DNA from: an uncultured Actinomycetes bacterium
Lineage (GTDB): Bacteria > Actinomycetota > Thermoleophilia > Gaiellales > F1-60-MAGs149
Length of the DNA stretch: 64,000 nucleotides
Reading direction: 5' to 3'
Assembly (NCBI GenBank): GCA_963732645.1
Contig: CAVTAC010000007.1
Location: forward strand, 226,161-290,160
Of the stretch, positions 19,052 through 30,084 are shown piece by piece. The translations under genes were made by a program, and so were the position numbers. Under the pieces are notes generated by a model that saw only the letters and a list, made by a program, of their open reading frames with translations, made no database searches and was not told the origin of the DNA. Within the stretch, counting starts at the first letter, position 1; the number at the start of each line of letters is the position of its first letter.

Positions 19052-19275
19052 GCGGTGGCGCGGTGCGCGCGGACGACGTTCGCCAGACGGTGCAGGTCGT
19101 CGTGCGACAGGTCGGTGCGCAGGTCGGCGAGTTCGGCTCGCGCATCCACCAGCACCACCGTGGACGCGGCGTCCGGCGAGCCCTCCGCGAGAAGGTCGTC
19201 GATCGCGTCGGCCCAGCGCAAGCGGGCGCGAAGCGACGCCGCCTCGAGCTCGGACGCGTGCGTGATCATGAACAT
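19033..19275 (-). CDS. hypothetical protein
   Basis: 80-aa ORF with genome-typical GC3, divergent from the arsR-type gene. I recognise no motif. Confidence 0.4.
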   Translation of the reverse strand: MFMITHASELEAASLRARLRWADAIDDLLAEGSPDAASTVVLVDARAELADLRTDLSHDDLHRLANVVRAHRATAQTTTR

Positions 19276-19412
19276 GACCTACCTCCAGTCGATCCCCGAA
19301 AACCGGGTACCCGCAGGCTAGGACGCCGCCGTAAGGTGGTCGCGAAGGCGCGCGCGGGAGATGCGAGGAAGCCTTTGCACGGCCCGATCCAAACAATCCA
19401 ACGGATGTTAGG

Positions 19413-19784
19413 ATGACTTATGGCGAACGACCGCTGCGACTCCTCTGCCTCGACCTGCCACGCGCCGAAGCGCTCAGGAACGACCGTCTCGACGCCGGCG
19501 AGGCCACGCGGCGGGCTGCCGTCATCGCGGCGCTCGGTGATCCGACGCGGCTGGTGATCGCCATGGCCCTGCGCGATGGCGTCGAGCTCTGCGTCTGCGA
19601 CCTCGCGTGGATCGTCGAGCGCTCGCAGAAGCTGGTGTCACACCACCTCCGGCTGCTGCGCGCCCAGGGGCTCGTCCGCTCGCGACGTGACGGGAAGATG
19701 GTCATGTACGCGCTCACGGAGGCCGGGCGCGAGGCGCTCGGTGCCGTCGACCGGCTCGACCGTGCGGGAGCCGCCACCGGATGA
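19413..19784 (+). CDS. ArsR/SmtB family metalloregulator
   Basis: ALGDPTRLVIAMAL...ELCVCDLAWIVERSQKLVSHHLRLLRAQGLV (wHTH with a CVC metal site). The stop overlaps the ATPase ATG (ATGA). Confidence 0.9.
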   Translation: MTYGERPLRLLCLDLPRAEALRNDRLDAGEATRRAAVIAALGDPTRLVIAMALRDGVELCVCDLAWIVERSQKLVSHHLRLLRAQGLVRSRRDGKMVMYALTEAGREALGAVDRLDRAGAATG

Positions 19785-21936
19785 GGCAGCTGCCCGTGAT
19801 CCAGCCCGACGCTGCGCCCGCCGGCGACGACGCCGGTGCGTCGACTGCGACCGCCGTCCGGTACCGCGTCGAGGGCATGGACTGCGGCGCGTGCGCGCGG
19901 ACGCTGGAGCGTGTCGTCGGCGCGCTCGACGGCGTTGATCGGCCGAGGTGTCGTTCGGCGCGGCGACCCTGTCGCTGCGCGGCGACGTGCCGGAGGAGCG
20001 CGTGCTCGCGGCCGTGTCGAGCGCGGGCTTCAGGGCCCGGCCGTTCGCCGTCCGGCGGCCCGCGCCGGCGGCGTTCTGGCGGCACGACCGGCGGGCGGTG
20101 TCGACGCTCGTGTCGCTGCTGGTGCTGGCCGTCGCCGTGGCCCTCGATCTCGCCGGCGCCGAGCGGGTCTGGTCGAGCCGGCGTACCTGGCGTCGATGGT
20201 GATCGGCGGCTGGCCGATCGCGCGGGCGGCGATCGCGGCGCTGCGCCGCCGCTCGCTCGACATGAACGTGCTGATGGCGCTCGCGGCGGTGGGAGCCGTC
20301 GCGATCGGCTCGTACGCCGAGGGTGCGTGGGTGCTGGTGCTGTTCGCGCTCGGCACGACGCTGGAGACGTACGCGCTCGATCGCACGCGCCGCTCGGTCG
20401 AGTCGCTGGCCGAGCTGGCGCCCGTCGAGGCGCGGGTGCGCGACGGCGGGCGAGGAGCGGATGGTGGCCGTCGAGGAGGTGCCGGTCGGCTCGGTGATCG
20501 TCGTGCGGCCGGGCGAGCGGCTGCCCGCTCGACGGCGTCGTCGTCGGCGGCGACTCGGCGTCGACCAGGCGGCCGTGACGGGCGAGGGCATGCCGGTCGA
20601 CAAGGCCGCCGGCGACGAGGTCTTCGCGGGCACGCTGAACCAGTTCGGCGTGCTCGAGGTGCGCACGACGCGCGACGCCGCCTCGTCCACGATCGGCCGC
20701 ATCGTGGAGCTGGTCGAGCAGGCGCAGGCGCAGCCGGTCGCCGTCGGAGCGCATGGTCGACCGGTTCGCCCGCGTCTACACGCCGATCGTGCTCGGCGCC
20801 GCCGTGCTCGTGGCGGTCGTGCCGGCGCTGCTCGGCGGCGACGCGTCGACGTGGCTGTACCGCGCGCTGGCGCTGCTGATCGTGGCCTGCCCGTGCTCGC
20901 TGGTGATCTCGATCCCGGTCGCCGTCGTCTCGGCCATCGGCGCCGCGGCGCGCGGCGGCACCCTGATCAAGGGCGGCGAGGCGCTGGAGAACCTCGCGCG
21001 CATCCGCGTCGTCTGCCTCGACAAGACCGGGACGGTCACCGCCGGCGCGCCGAGCCTGGAGGGATCGCCGCGACGGCCCTCGACGAGCCGAGGCGCTGCG
21101 CCTCGTGGCCACCGTCGAGCGGCACTCCGAGCACCCGCTCGGGCAAGGCGCTGGTGCGCGCCGCGGCGAGCGCGGCATCACCGTCGCCGAGCCGGCGCGG
21201 TTCATGGCGCTGCCCGGGCGCGGCGTCGACGCGCTGGTCGAGGGCCGCGCGCTGTGGGCGGGCGGGCCGCGGCTGGCGCGCGAGCGTCTCGACGCGCGGC
21301 GTCGGAGGCGATCGCGGCGCTCGAGGCGCGGGGGCGGACGATGATCGCGCTCGGCGAGCGGGAGCGGCTGCTGGCGGTCTTCAGCCTCGCCGACACCGTG
21401 CGGCCGGAGGCGCCGGGCGTCGTCGCCGACCTGCGCCGGCAGGGCGTGCGAGCGCGTCGTGATGCTCACCGGCGACGACGGGCGCCGCCCGCGCGGTGGC
21501 CGCGCGCGACCGGCATCGACGAGTGGCACGCGTCGCTGCTGCCCGAGGACAAGCTGCGCCGCGTGGAGGCAGCTGGAGGCCGAGACGGGCGCCGGCGATG
21601 GTCGGCGACGGCGTCAACGACGCGCCCGCGCTGGCCGCCGCGCGGGTCGGCGTCGCGATGGGCGCCGCCGGCTCCGACATCGCGCTGGACACCGCCGACG
21701 TCGCGCTGATGGCCGACGACCTGTCGCGGCTGCCCGCGGCGCTCGCGCTCGCGCGGCGCGCCGTCGGCGTCATGCGGCAGAACATCGTCGCGTCGCTGGT
21801 CGTCAAGGGCGCTGTCCTGGTGCTCGTCCCGTTCGGCCTCGTCACGCTGTGGATGGCCGTCGCCGCCGACATGGGCATGAGCCTGCTCGTCACCGCGAAC
21901 GGCCTGCGCCTGCTGGGCCGCCGCGCGCGTCAGTAG
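19781..21936 (+). pseudogene. heavy-metal translocating P1B-type ATPase (CadA/ZntA-like); about 11 frame breaks as assembled
   Basis: GMDCGACA metal-binding domain, IVACPCSLVIS (CPC), [28 protein letters not shown]. The pieces are spread over all three frames (ORFs 19781.., 19836.., 19948.., 20323.., 20753.., 21105.., 21496..21936). Confidence 0.9.
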
Positions 21937-23058
21937 GGGCGGACTCCTCCCTGGAACGTGGCGGCGTAGTAGCCGGACGTGATCGTCGAGATCTTGACCA
22001 CGTCGCCCGTGTGCGGCGCGTGCACCATCTGGCCCCCCGATGTACATGCCCATATGGCCGAGGTCGCCGCCGAAGAAGACGAGATCGCCGACCGCGAGGT
22101 CGCTCATCCGGCTGATCCGCTGGCCCGACCGCCACTGCGTGCCGGTGAAGTGGCCGAGGCCGATGCCGACCTGCGCGTAGGCGTAGAGCGTCAGGCCCGA
22201 GCAGTCGAACCCGACGGTGTTCGCGCCGCGCCCGATGCCGCGGGAGGGGCCACTGGCGTTGCCGCCACCCCAGGAGTAGGAGTGCCGAGCCAGCGCATCG
22301 CGGCGGCCACCGCGCGGGCGCCGATCGACCCGTTCGCCGGCGGTGCGATCGGTGTACCGCCACCCCCGCCACCGCCCCTCGAGCCACCGAGGCCGGGGTC
22401 GGCGGCTGCCGTCGCCCGCTGCGCGGCTCGCTGGGCGGCGAGCCGGGCCCGGGCCTCGGCGGCGATGCGCTTCTGGCGCGCCGCCTCCTCGCGCTGCAGC
22501 TGGGCGATCTCGCCCTCGAGACCCTGCACCAGAGCCTGCTGCGACGCGATGCCCTGCTCGACCTCGCGCTGCGCGGCCGCGGCCTGGGCGACGAGCTGGT
22601 CCGCTTGCCGCCGGTCGGACTCGAGTTTGCGCTCGCGGCGTGCCAGCTCGCGGCGCGCGCCGACGAGGTCGCCGATGACCTTCGAGGTCTGGCGGCTGGC
22701 GCGCTGCATGGTCGACCGCTGCTCGAGCATCTCCGTCAGCGAACGGGCGCCGAGCAGCGCGGCGATCGCATCCGGATTGCCGGTCCGGTACTCGACCACC
22801 AGCCGGTCGGCCAGTGCCGCTCGGGCCCGGCGGACGCTGCCGCGCACCACCGCGATGGCGCGCTCGTTTGCGGTGATCGCCCGCGCACGTCTCCCAGCTG
22901 CGCGTCGGCCTGGTTGTAGCGCTCGACGGCCGACTCGAGACGCATCCCGAGCTCGTCGATCTGCGCGCGCGCCTGCTCGGCCTGCGCGCGCTTCGTGCGG
23001 ATCTGATCCTTGGGTGCGGCGAGCGCCACACGGTCGTGCCGAGCGCGATGACGAGCAT
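21930..23058 (-). pseudogene. NlpC/P60 peptidoglycan endopeptidase with N-terminal coiled coil (RipA-like architecture); about 4 frame breaks
   Basis: C-terminus YSWGGG...GFDCSGLTLYAYAQ...GDLVFFGGDLGHMGMYIGG...TFQGGVRPY*. Upstream is a long heptad-like region (ORFs 22191..22850 and 22736..23029) and a hydrophobic N-terminus. Breaks are near 23030, 22870, 22275 and 22045. Confidence 0.85.
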
Positions 23059-23146
23059 CAGCGCTCCTCGTACGAGAGCTCCTACCTCACGGGTTCCTCC
23101 AGAGTCGACAGGCCGGGCACGGGCCCGGCAGGACGTCAGGAGGGAC

Positions 23147-23515
23147 TCACGTCAGGAACGACTGCAGCTCTACGCGGCGAAGGGCACGCGGGGGTCGACC
23201 GCGTGGCAACGACGGCAGCGACCGCACGATCCGCGGCACGGCGAACGTGAAGCGCGACGGCCGCGAGACGCCGCTGGTGCGGGAGACGAACGCGGCGAGC
23301 AGCAGGAAGCCGGCGGCGGCAGCGACGAGGTCGAGCGCGAGGTCGTGATCGCCATCCTCGTGGTGGCCGATGGCCGACGGCGGCGAGATCTCCTCGGCGA
23401 CGTGGTGCACCACGGCGCGCGCCGCGAACAGCGCGACGAGCAACACCAGGAGGGCCGCGACGAGCCCACGGCGCGAGCGGAGCTGGAGGACCGTCCACCG
23501 CATCCGGCGGACCAT
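23147..23515 (-). CDS. hypothetical two-TM membrane protein with a His/Asp-rich loop
   Basis: 122-aa ORF with two hydrophobic helices flanking HHVAEEISPPSAIGHHEDGDHD. GC3 is typical. Confidence 0.45.
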   Translation of the reverse strand: MVRRMRWTVLQLRSRRGLVAALLVLLVALFAARAVVHHVAEEISPPSAIGHHEDGDHDLALDLVAAAAGFLLLAAFVSRTSGVSRPSRFTFAVPRIVRSLPSLPRGRPPRALRRVELQSFLT

Positions 23516-23542
23516 ACCAGCCGCCCGCAGGATGGCGCCGGA

Positions 23543-24087
23543 TCAGTAGTCGCGGATCGACGCCTCGTCCGACCCCTGGAGGTCGTGTCGCCCGGGGTCG
23601 TAGGCCTCGACCGGCATGCCCGCTGCGACCCAGCCGTCGAAGCCGCTCGACCACGTCACCGGCGCGGGCCACGCCGAGGTCGCGCAGGACGGCGGCGGCG
23701 AGGCTCGTCTGGTAGCCGTGGCGGCACATCAGGAGCACGAACCCGTCCGGCCGTGGCGACCAGCGGGTCGAGGTGCTCGGTACCGGGCGCGCACCGCCAC
23801 TCGAGGCAGTTTCGGGGGTACCAGATCGATCCCGGAACGACACCGTCGGCGCGGCGCTGCGCATCGGTGCGGATGTCGATCAGCACCGCGCCGGCAGCGA
23901 TCGCCGCGGGCACGTCGGCCGGGGCGAAACGATCGATGCGGGCGCGGCTGGCGGCGAGCAGCGCGGGCGAGCGGATCTGGTCACACGCCGGGACCGTAGC
24001 GTGTGCGAGCCTGCCAGCCGTGAGCGGCCGACCATCGCCACCCGCTCGCCGCCCGTCTCTTTCGCTCGGCGCGGTCGGGGGACACAT
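23543..24087 (-). pseudogene. rhodanese-domain sulfurtransferase; two frame breaks, start unresolved
   Basis: AVLIDIRTDAQRRADGVVPGSIWYP (ORF 23656..24174), then FVLLMCRHGYQTSLAAAVLRDLG (ORF 23136..23864 frame), then GFDGWVAAGMPVEAYDP...IRDY*. 24087 is the most upstream in-frame ATG only. Confidence 0.55.
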
Positions 24088-24663
24088 CCACACCCTCGGT
24101 GCTGCGTCGCACCGCCGGCGGCTGCTCGACGGCGTAGCGGGCCACGTCCTCGAGATCGGCGCCGGCGCCGGCATCAGCTTCGGCGACTACCTCCCTGGTG
24201 CGGTGGTCGATCTCGTCGCGGTCGAACCGGAGCCGTACCTCCGGCAGCGTGCCGAGCTGGCCGCGACGGTCGCACCGATCCCGGTGAAGGTCATCGACGC
24301 GACCGCCGAGCGCCTGCCGTTCGGCGACGCCACGTTCGATGTCGCCGTCACGGCCCGGGTGCTGTGCTCCGTCCAGGACGTCGCGGCCAGCTTGCGCGAA
24401 CTGCACCGCGTGCTGCGACCGGGCGGCGAGCTGCGCTTCTACGAGCATGTCGTGTCCCGCGAGCCGCGACTCGCGCGCTGGACAGCGCACGCTCGACCTC
24501 GTCTGGCCCCGTATCGCCGGCGGCTGCCATGCCAGCCGCGACACCGCCCGCCGATCGGTGACGCCGGGTTCACGATAGAGACCTGCGACGGTTCACGTTC
24601 CGGCCGTCTATTTTCGCCTCGCCGGCGGCGCCGTACATCCTCGGCGGCGCCCGGCGAGTGTAG
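24020..24663 (+). pseudogene. class I SAM-dependent methyltransferase (type 11-like); about 3 frame breaks
   Basis: VLEIGAGAGISF (motif I), LPFGDATFDVAVTARVLCSV, LRPGGELRFYEHV. The tail is in other frames (LVWPRIAGGCHASRDT; FTIETCD; RFTFRPSIFASPAAPYILGGARRV*). The GTG start at 24020 is tentative. Confidence 0.7.
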
Positions 24664-24816
24664 AACATTCGGCGGGTCGGGAGATTGTTCGCGCTAGAGA
24701 CCGAGCACGCAGTCGCAGGGCGCAGCCGGTGCGCGCCGCACGTGCACCGGCTGCCGGCGGGCCGTCGCACGCGCTGCCTGCCGTTGATCGGCGGAGGCTG
24801 CTTCTCATCGAGGCGA

Positions 24817-24888
24817 TGCCCCCGGCAAGAATCGAACTTGCGCCTCAGGTTCCGGAGACCTGCGCTCTATCCACTGAGCTACGGGGGC
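24817..24888 (-). tRNA. tRNA-Arg (anticodon CCG)
   Basis: Reverse complement: GCCCCCG TA GCTC AGTGGATA GAGC G CAGGT CTCCGGA ACCTG AGGC GCAAG TTCGATT CTTGC CGGGGGC A. This is a clean cloverleaf with anticodon loop CU-CCG-GA and no encoded CCA. Confidence 0.95.
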
Positions 24889-25203
24889 AGGGCGCCCAGT
24901 CTATCGCAGCGCCGACCGGCTCCGGCCCGGTCGAACCTGCTCATATATTGCGCAATTTGCAAAATCTCCCTTATCTCGTTGGGTATCTGTGCCGATGACC
25001 CTCTAGCGGGGGATGCCTCTCGGCCTCCCTCGCCCGATGACTACCCCGGAAGACACCGGGTTCGGGGGTTCACACACGCATGACGCATTTGCCGGATAGG
25101 GACGGACGCAACGAGAGGGACGAGCCGCTGTGGGCGGTCGAGCCTCCCGAACCTGCGTGGGAGGATCCCACGCCCGAGCCGCAGGCACGCGCCTGGTTCT
25201 CGG

Positions 25204-26807
25204 TTGCCGAGCGGCGCCTCGGCCTGCCTGCGCGCGTTGCCACGCGCGCCGCCGGGCCTGATCGCCGTCGGCGCCCTGATGACCACGGGCGTCGCCATCG
25301 CCGCCTTCGCTGACGACGGGACCGGGAGCGCGGGCGACAAGCCGTACTGCTCCGAGTCGGTCACCACCGACTGCGTCGACAAGGACAAGGACAAGGAGAA
25401 GGCCGCGGAGCCCGCCGCCTCCTCCGAGGAGTCGAAGCCCGCCGAGGAGCCCGCGGCCGAGCCCGATCCGCCGGCAGCATCGTCGAGGAGGCGCCGCCCG
25501 CCGAGGAGCCGCCCGCAGCGACCGAGGACGACGCCCCCGCGTCGGATCCGGCCCCTGCCGACGACCCGGCGCCGGCCGACGACGCGCCCGCGGACGACAA
25601 CCCGCCCGCCGGCTCGAGCGCGGACGACGCCCCGGCGTCGGACGACGCATCGACGTCGGACGACGGCTCGGCCCCGAGCGACCCGGCCGACCCGGCCGAT
25701 CCGAGCGACCCGGCCGATCCGGCCGGCGACACCGCGACGCCCGATCCGGGCGCCTCGGCCACGCCGGACGCTCCCGCCACCAACCCGCTGCCGCCGGCAC
25801 CGGCCGGCACGACGCCGACCACCACCGCGGTGACGGCAGCCCCCGGCGACCTCTCCGCCCTCGCAGGCCTCGAGACGTCGGCCGGCTCCACCTACTTCCA
25901 GCTCCCCTCGGGTCGGCGCGCCAGCTCGGGCAACGGCCACACGGGTGGCGTCGCGGGCGGCCTGAGCGACTCGGGCGGCGCCAACGACATCCACGCGGTC
26001 GGCATCTCGGCCCTGGCACTGCTGCAGCTGCAGCGCGCCTCGTCGCTGCTGCCCGCGCCGGCCCCGCTGCCGGACATCCGTGAGCTCGACAACCACGAGC
26101 TGACGCAGCTGAAGCAGGTCGCCCGCCGCACCGGCGTCGCCTGGACGGTGCTCGCCTCGGCCCAGCGCCTCGGCCTGAAGAAGGGCCAGTCGCTGACCAA
26201 GGCCGGCAAGTGGCTGAAGTCGCACGGCGCCACGGGCAACGCGGCCAAGCCGTTCGCCTCCGAGAAGGCGCTCGCCGCCTACTTCGGTTCCAAGGACGCC
26301 GGCGAGCGCGCCGCCGCCCTGGCCGCCTACTACTGGGCGGTCGGCACGACGGGCGTGACCCGCGGCCTGGCCGAGGCGTCGACGTCGCTCGGCGACGAGC
26401 TGCTCGCCTCGAAGAACGTGAGCGTCTACGGCGGCGGCCGCGCCGACCTGGAGCAGCACCGCATCGACCCGCGGGTCGAGATGGCGATCCGCTACCTGCA
26501 GGCCTCGTTCGGCTCGGTCAGCGTCTCGTGCCTGATCTCCGGCCACTCGGTGTTCACCACCTCGGGCAACGTCTCGGCGCACATCTTCGGCCGCGCCGTC
26601 GACATCTCCGGCGTCGGTGGCACCTCGATCCTGGGCAACCAGGGCCCGCAGACCGTGACCGAGCGGGCCGTGCGCCTCCTGCTGATGCTGCCGGGCGACG
26701 TCGCCCCGCGGCAGATCATCTCGCTGATGGATCTCGACGGCACGACCGGCAACGCGGGCTCGTTCGCCCTGCCGGATCACGCCGATCACATCCACATCGG
26801 CTACTAG
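25204..26807 (+). pseudogene. secreted LAS-superfamily (M15-like) zinc peptidase with a long acidic Pro/Ala/Asp-rich linker; one frame break
   Basis: Signal-like N-terminus (...GALMTTGVAIAAFADD). The linker follows a shift near 25470. The C-terminal domain has SAHIFGRAVD (H-x6-D) and PDHADHIHIGY (H-x-H) in ORF 25830..26807. Confidence 0.7.
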
Positions 26808-26889
26808 GCCCATCGACGGGTCGGCCCGGTCAGGCTTCGCGCCTGGCCGGGCCGCCCCTGTTCTTGGCAGCGAATCGCGGGCTGACAGT

Positions 26890-27917
26890 ATGTTTCCGCC
26901 CGTGCAGATAACGGCTCGTACGGTCACGCTGGCGCTCGCGGAGACCTTCACCATTGCGCGTGGCTCCTCCGACTCGGAGGACGTCGTGATCGTCGAGCTG
27001 ACGCACGACGGCATCACCGGCATCGGCGAGGGCTCCCCCGTCGACTACTGGGGCGAGTCGGCCGACTCGATGGCGGCGTTCGTGCTCGAGCACGGGGCCG
27101 CGGCGATCGGCGACGACCCGTACGACCTCGAGGGCATCGGCACCCGCCTGCGAGGCGTTCGAGGGCAACACGGGCGCCAAGATGGCGCTCGACGGCGCGC
27201 TCCACGACTGGATCGGCAAGCGCGCCGGCCTGCCCGTCTGGCGCCTGCTCGGCGTGACGATGGCGACCATGCCGCAGACCTCGTACACCATCGGCATCGA
27301 CACGGTGGAGGGCACCGCCGACAAGACGCGGCGCGCGCAGCGCTACGGCGTCCTCAAGGTCAAGGTGGGCGGCGCCGACGACCTCGCGCGGCTCGAGGTG
27401 ATCCGCGAGCACTCGCAGGCCACGCTGCGCATCGACGGCAACGAGGGCTGGACGCTCGAGACCGCGCGCGAGCTGATGCCGGCGCTGATCGAGCTGGGCG
27501 TCGAGTTCGTCGAGCAGCCGTTCCCGGCCGACGACCTGGAGAGCTTCCGCGGGCTGCGCGAGCTGAAGGAGCGCATCCCGGTCGTGATCGACGAGGGCTG
27601 CAAGAACCTCGCCAGCGTGGCGCCGATCGCCACCTACGCCGACGGCATCAACATCAAGATCTCGAAGTGCGGCGGCATCCGCGAGGCGGTGCGCATGACG
27701 CACGCGGCGCGCGCGCTCGGTATAGGCGTCATGCTCGGCTGCATGATCGAATCGGAGCTGGGCATCGGGCAGGCCCTGCAGCTGGCCCCGCTGGTCGACT
27801 GGGTCGACCTCGACGGCCACCTGCTGATCAAGGACGGGCCGTTCCGCGGCCTCGGGTTCGAGGACGGCCGCGTCGTGCTTGTCCGACGCGCCGGGCATCG
27901 GGGTCGTGCCGGCATGA
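26890..27917 (+). pseudogene. L-Ala-D/L-Glu (dipeptide) epimerase, enolase superfamily; two frame breaks
   Basis: MFPPVQITARTVTLALAETFTIARGS...GIGEGSP, then AKMALDGALHDWIGKRAGLPVWRLLG...LKVKVG...LRIDGNEGW...FVEQP...VIDEG...INIKISKCGG. Breaks are near 27160 and 27878. The stop overlaps the next ATG (ATGA). Confidence 0.85.
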
Positions 27918-28965
27918 GCGAGCGGCTCGCGATCTACGCCGAGGGGCAGTTCGAGACGCTCAACGGCAAGACCGGCCACGGCGTGATCCGCTACGCACCG
28001 CGCGAGATCGTCGCCGTGATCGACTCCGGCAACGCGGGCCGCACCGCGGACGAGGTCGTGCCGTACTGCGCCCGGCCGGTGCCGATCGTGGCGACCGTGG
28101 CCGAGGCGGCCGCGCTGGGCGCCGACCGGCTGCTGATCGGCGTCGCGCCCGACGGCGGCAGGCTGTCGCAGGAGTGGCGCATCGCGCTGGGCGAGGCGAT
28201 GGCCCTCGGCATGGACGTCGAGGCCGGCCTGCACAGCGTGCTCGCCGACGATCCCGACCTGGTGGCGCTGGCCACGCAGCACGGCCGTCGAGCTGATCGA
28301 CCTGCGCGTCGGCCCCGCCGACCTCGACACGCCCGACGGCCCGTACAAGCGCGACCCGTCGCTGCGCGTCATCCAGTCGGTCGGATCCGACTGCGCGATC
28401 GGCAAGATGACGGTCACGCTCGAGCTCGACAAGACCGCCCGCGAGCGCGGCGAGCGCAGCGTCTTCGTCGCCACCGGCCAGACCGGGCATCGCCATCTCC
28501 GGCTGGGGCATCGCCGTCGACCACGTGATCTCCGACTACATCGCCGGCGCCGCCGAGCGGCTCGTCTACCAGGGCGCCGAGCACGGCGACCTGCTGTTCG
28601 TCGAGGGCCAGGGCTCGCTGTACCACCCCGGCTACTCCGGCGTCACGCTCGGCCTCCTGCACGGCGCGGCACCCGACGTGCTGCTGCTCTGCCACCTGGC
28701 CGGCCAGACCGCGATCCACTCCTACGAGACGGTGCAGATCCCGCCGCTCTCGAAGGTCGTGGCCCACTACGAGGCGGCGTGCGAGCCGGTGCGTCCGGCC
28801 CGCGTGGCCGCCATCGCCCTGAACACGAAGGAGATCGCCGACGAGGCCGAGGCGCGGGCGGCGATCGCCGCCGCCGCCGCCGAGACCGGCCTGGTCGTCG
28901 ACGATCCCGTGCGCTTCGGCTCGGATCGGCTGCTGGACGCCGTGCTGGCCGCGTTCGACCGGTGA
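27914..28965 (+). pseudogene. DUF1611 domain protein (DgcN-like); two frame breaks
   Basis: MSERLAIYAEGQFETLNGKTGHGVIRYAPREIVAVIDS...LLIGVAPDGG..., later SDCAIGKMTVTLEL...FVATGQTG...FVEGQGSLYHPGYSGVTLGLLHG. Breaks are near 28285 and 28490. Confidence 0.8.
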
Positions 28966-30084
28966 GCGACCCCCGCCCCGAGCGTCTCGCCCGGCTGCTC
29001 GGCGGCCGCATGCTCGGGCTCAGCGCCGGTCACAGCGTCGTCGTCGAGTCGCCGCCGGTCGGTGCGCCGCTGGTCGAGGCGCTGGCCGCCTACGCCGGCC
29101 GCGTCGGCGCGCACATCGCCTGGCTCGCGATCGGCGGCGGCTACGAGCGCGCCGTGCTCGGCTCCACCGACGCCGGACGACCTGGCGCGCGAGCACCGCC
29201 TGCACAGCGCGCTGATGAGCACCGCCGACGCGATGGTCGGCGTCGACGCCGCCCAGGACTCGACCGGGCTGGCCGGCATCCCGGCCGAGCGGTACGCGGC
29301 GTGGGCGCGCGGCCGCAAGCCCGGCGGCGAGATCCGGCACCGCCGGCACCTGGAGGGCGGCATGCAGTGGGCCGTCGTCGGGTTCCCCTGCGAGGTGCAC
29401 GCGGCCGACGCCGGCATGGACTACGACGAGTACGCCGACCTGGTGTACTCCGCCGCGTTCTGCGACCGCGACGGAGCGGAGGAGCGGTGGGACCGGCAGG
29501 GCGCCGCGCAGGCGCGGCTGGTCGAGCATCTGGCGCGGGGCCGCGAGCTGCGCATCGTCGCGCCGGGCACCGACCTGACGCTGCGGGTCGACGGGCGGAC
29601 GTGGGGGAGCTCGGCGGCCGTCACCAACATCCCGGACGGCGAGGTGTTCACCGGCCCGCACGAGGACTCGGCCGAGGGCGTCGTCACGTTCCCCTTCCCG
29701 GCGCACCACGCGGGCCGCCGCATCGACGGCGTGCGCCTGGTGTTCGAGCGCGGCGTCGTGGTCGAGGCGCACGCCGACGACGGCCAGGACGTGCTCGACG
29801 CGGCGCTCGCGATCGACGCCGGCGCGCGGCGGCTGGGCGAGGTCGGCATCGGCACCAACTACGCGCTGCCGCGGTTCACCGGCCGCACGCTGCTGGACGA
29901 GAAGATCGGCGGCACCGTCCACTTCGCGCTCGGGTCGAGCTATCCCGAGACCGGCGGCAGCAACGTCTCGGCGCTGCACTGGGACCTGGTCTGCGACCTG
30001 CGCGGCGGCGGCGAGCTGCTGCTCGACGGCCGCGCGATCCAGCGCGACGGCGTGTTCGTCCCGGAGCTCGGTCTCGACCTGTGA
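28962..30084 (+). pseudogene. aminopeptidase, M29 (AmpS/PepS, aminopeptidase T) family; one frame break
   Basis: The GTG overlaps the DUF1611 stop (GTGA). Motifs: ...TNIPDGEVFTGP...GEVGIGTNY...DEKIGGTVHFALGSSYPETGG...SALHWDLV. Break near 29170. Confidence 0.85.

Noticed and set aside
19000-24888. Integrated genomic island or prophage at tRNA-Arg.
   Set aside because: There is no integrase, recombinase or phage gene. I found no direct repeat of the tRNA 3' end, and composition looks like the flanks by eye. Kept only as a low-interest note about the metal cluster.
24990-25203. c-di-AMP (ydaO-type) riboswitch upstream of the cell-wall peptidase gene.
   Set aside because: Only a short CCCGAACC-like stretch resembles the motif. 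The conserved GGGGAnCC, GGGGUGAAUC and ACCUCGUAGGCG-type segments are not present as far as I can see. An Infernal scan is needed to be sure.
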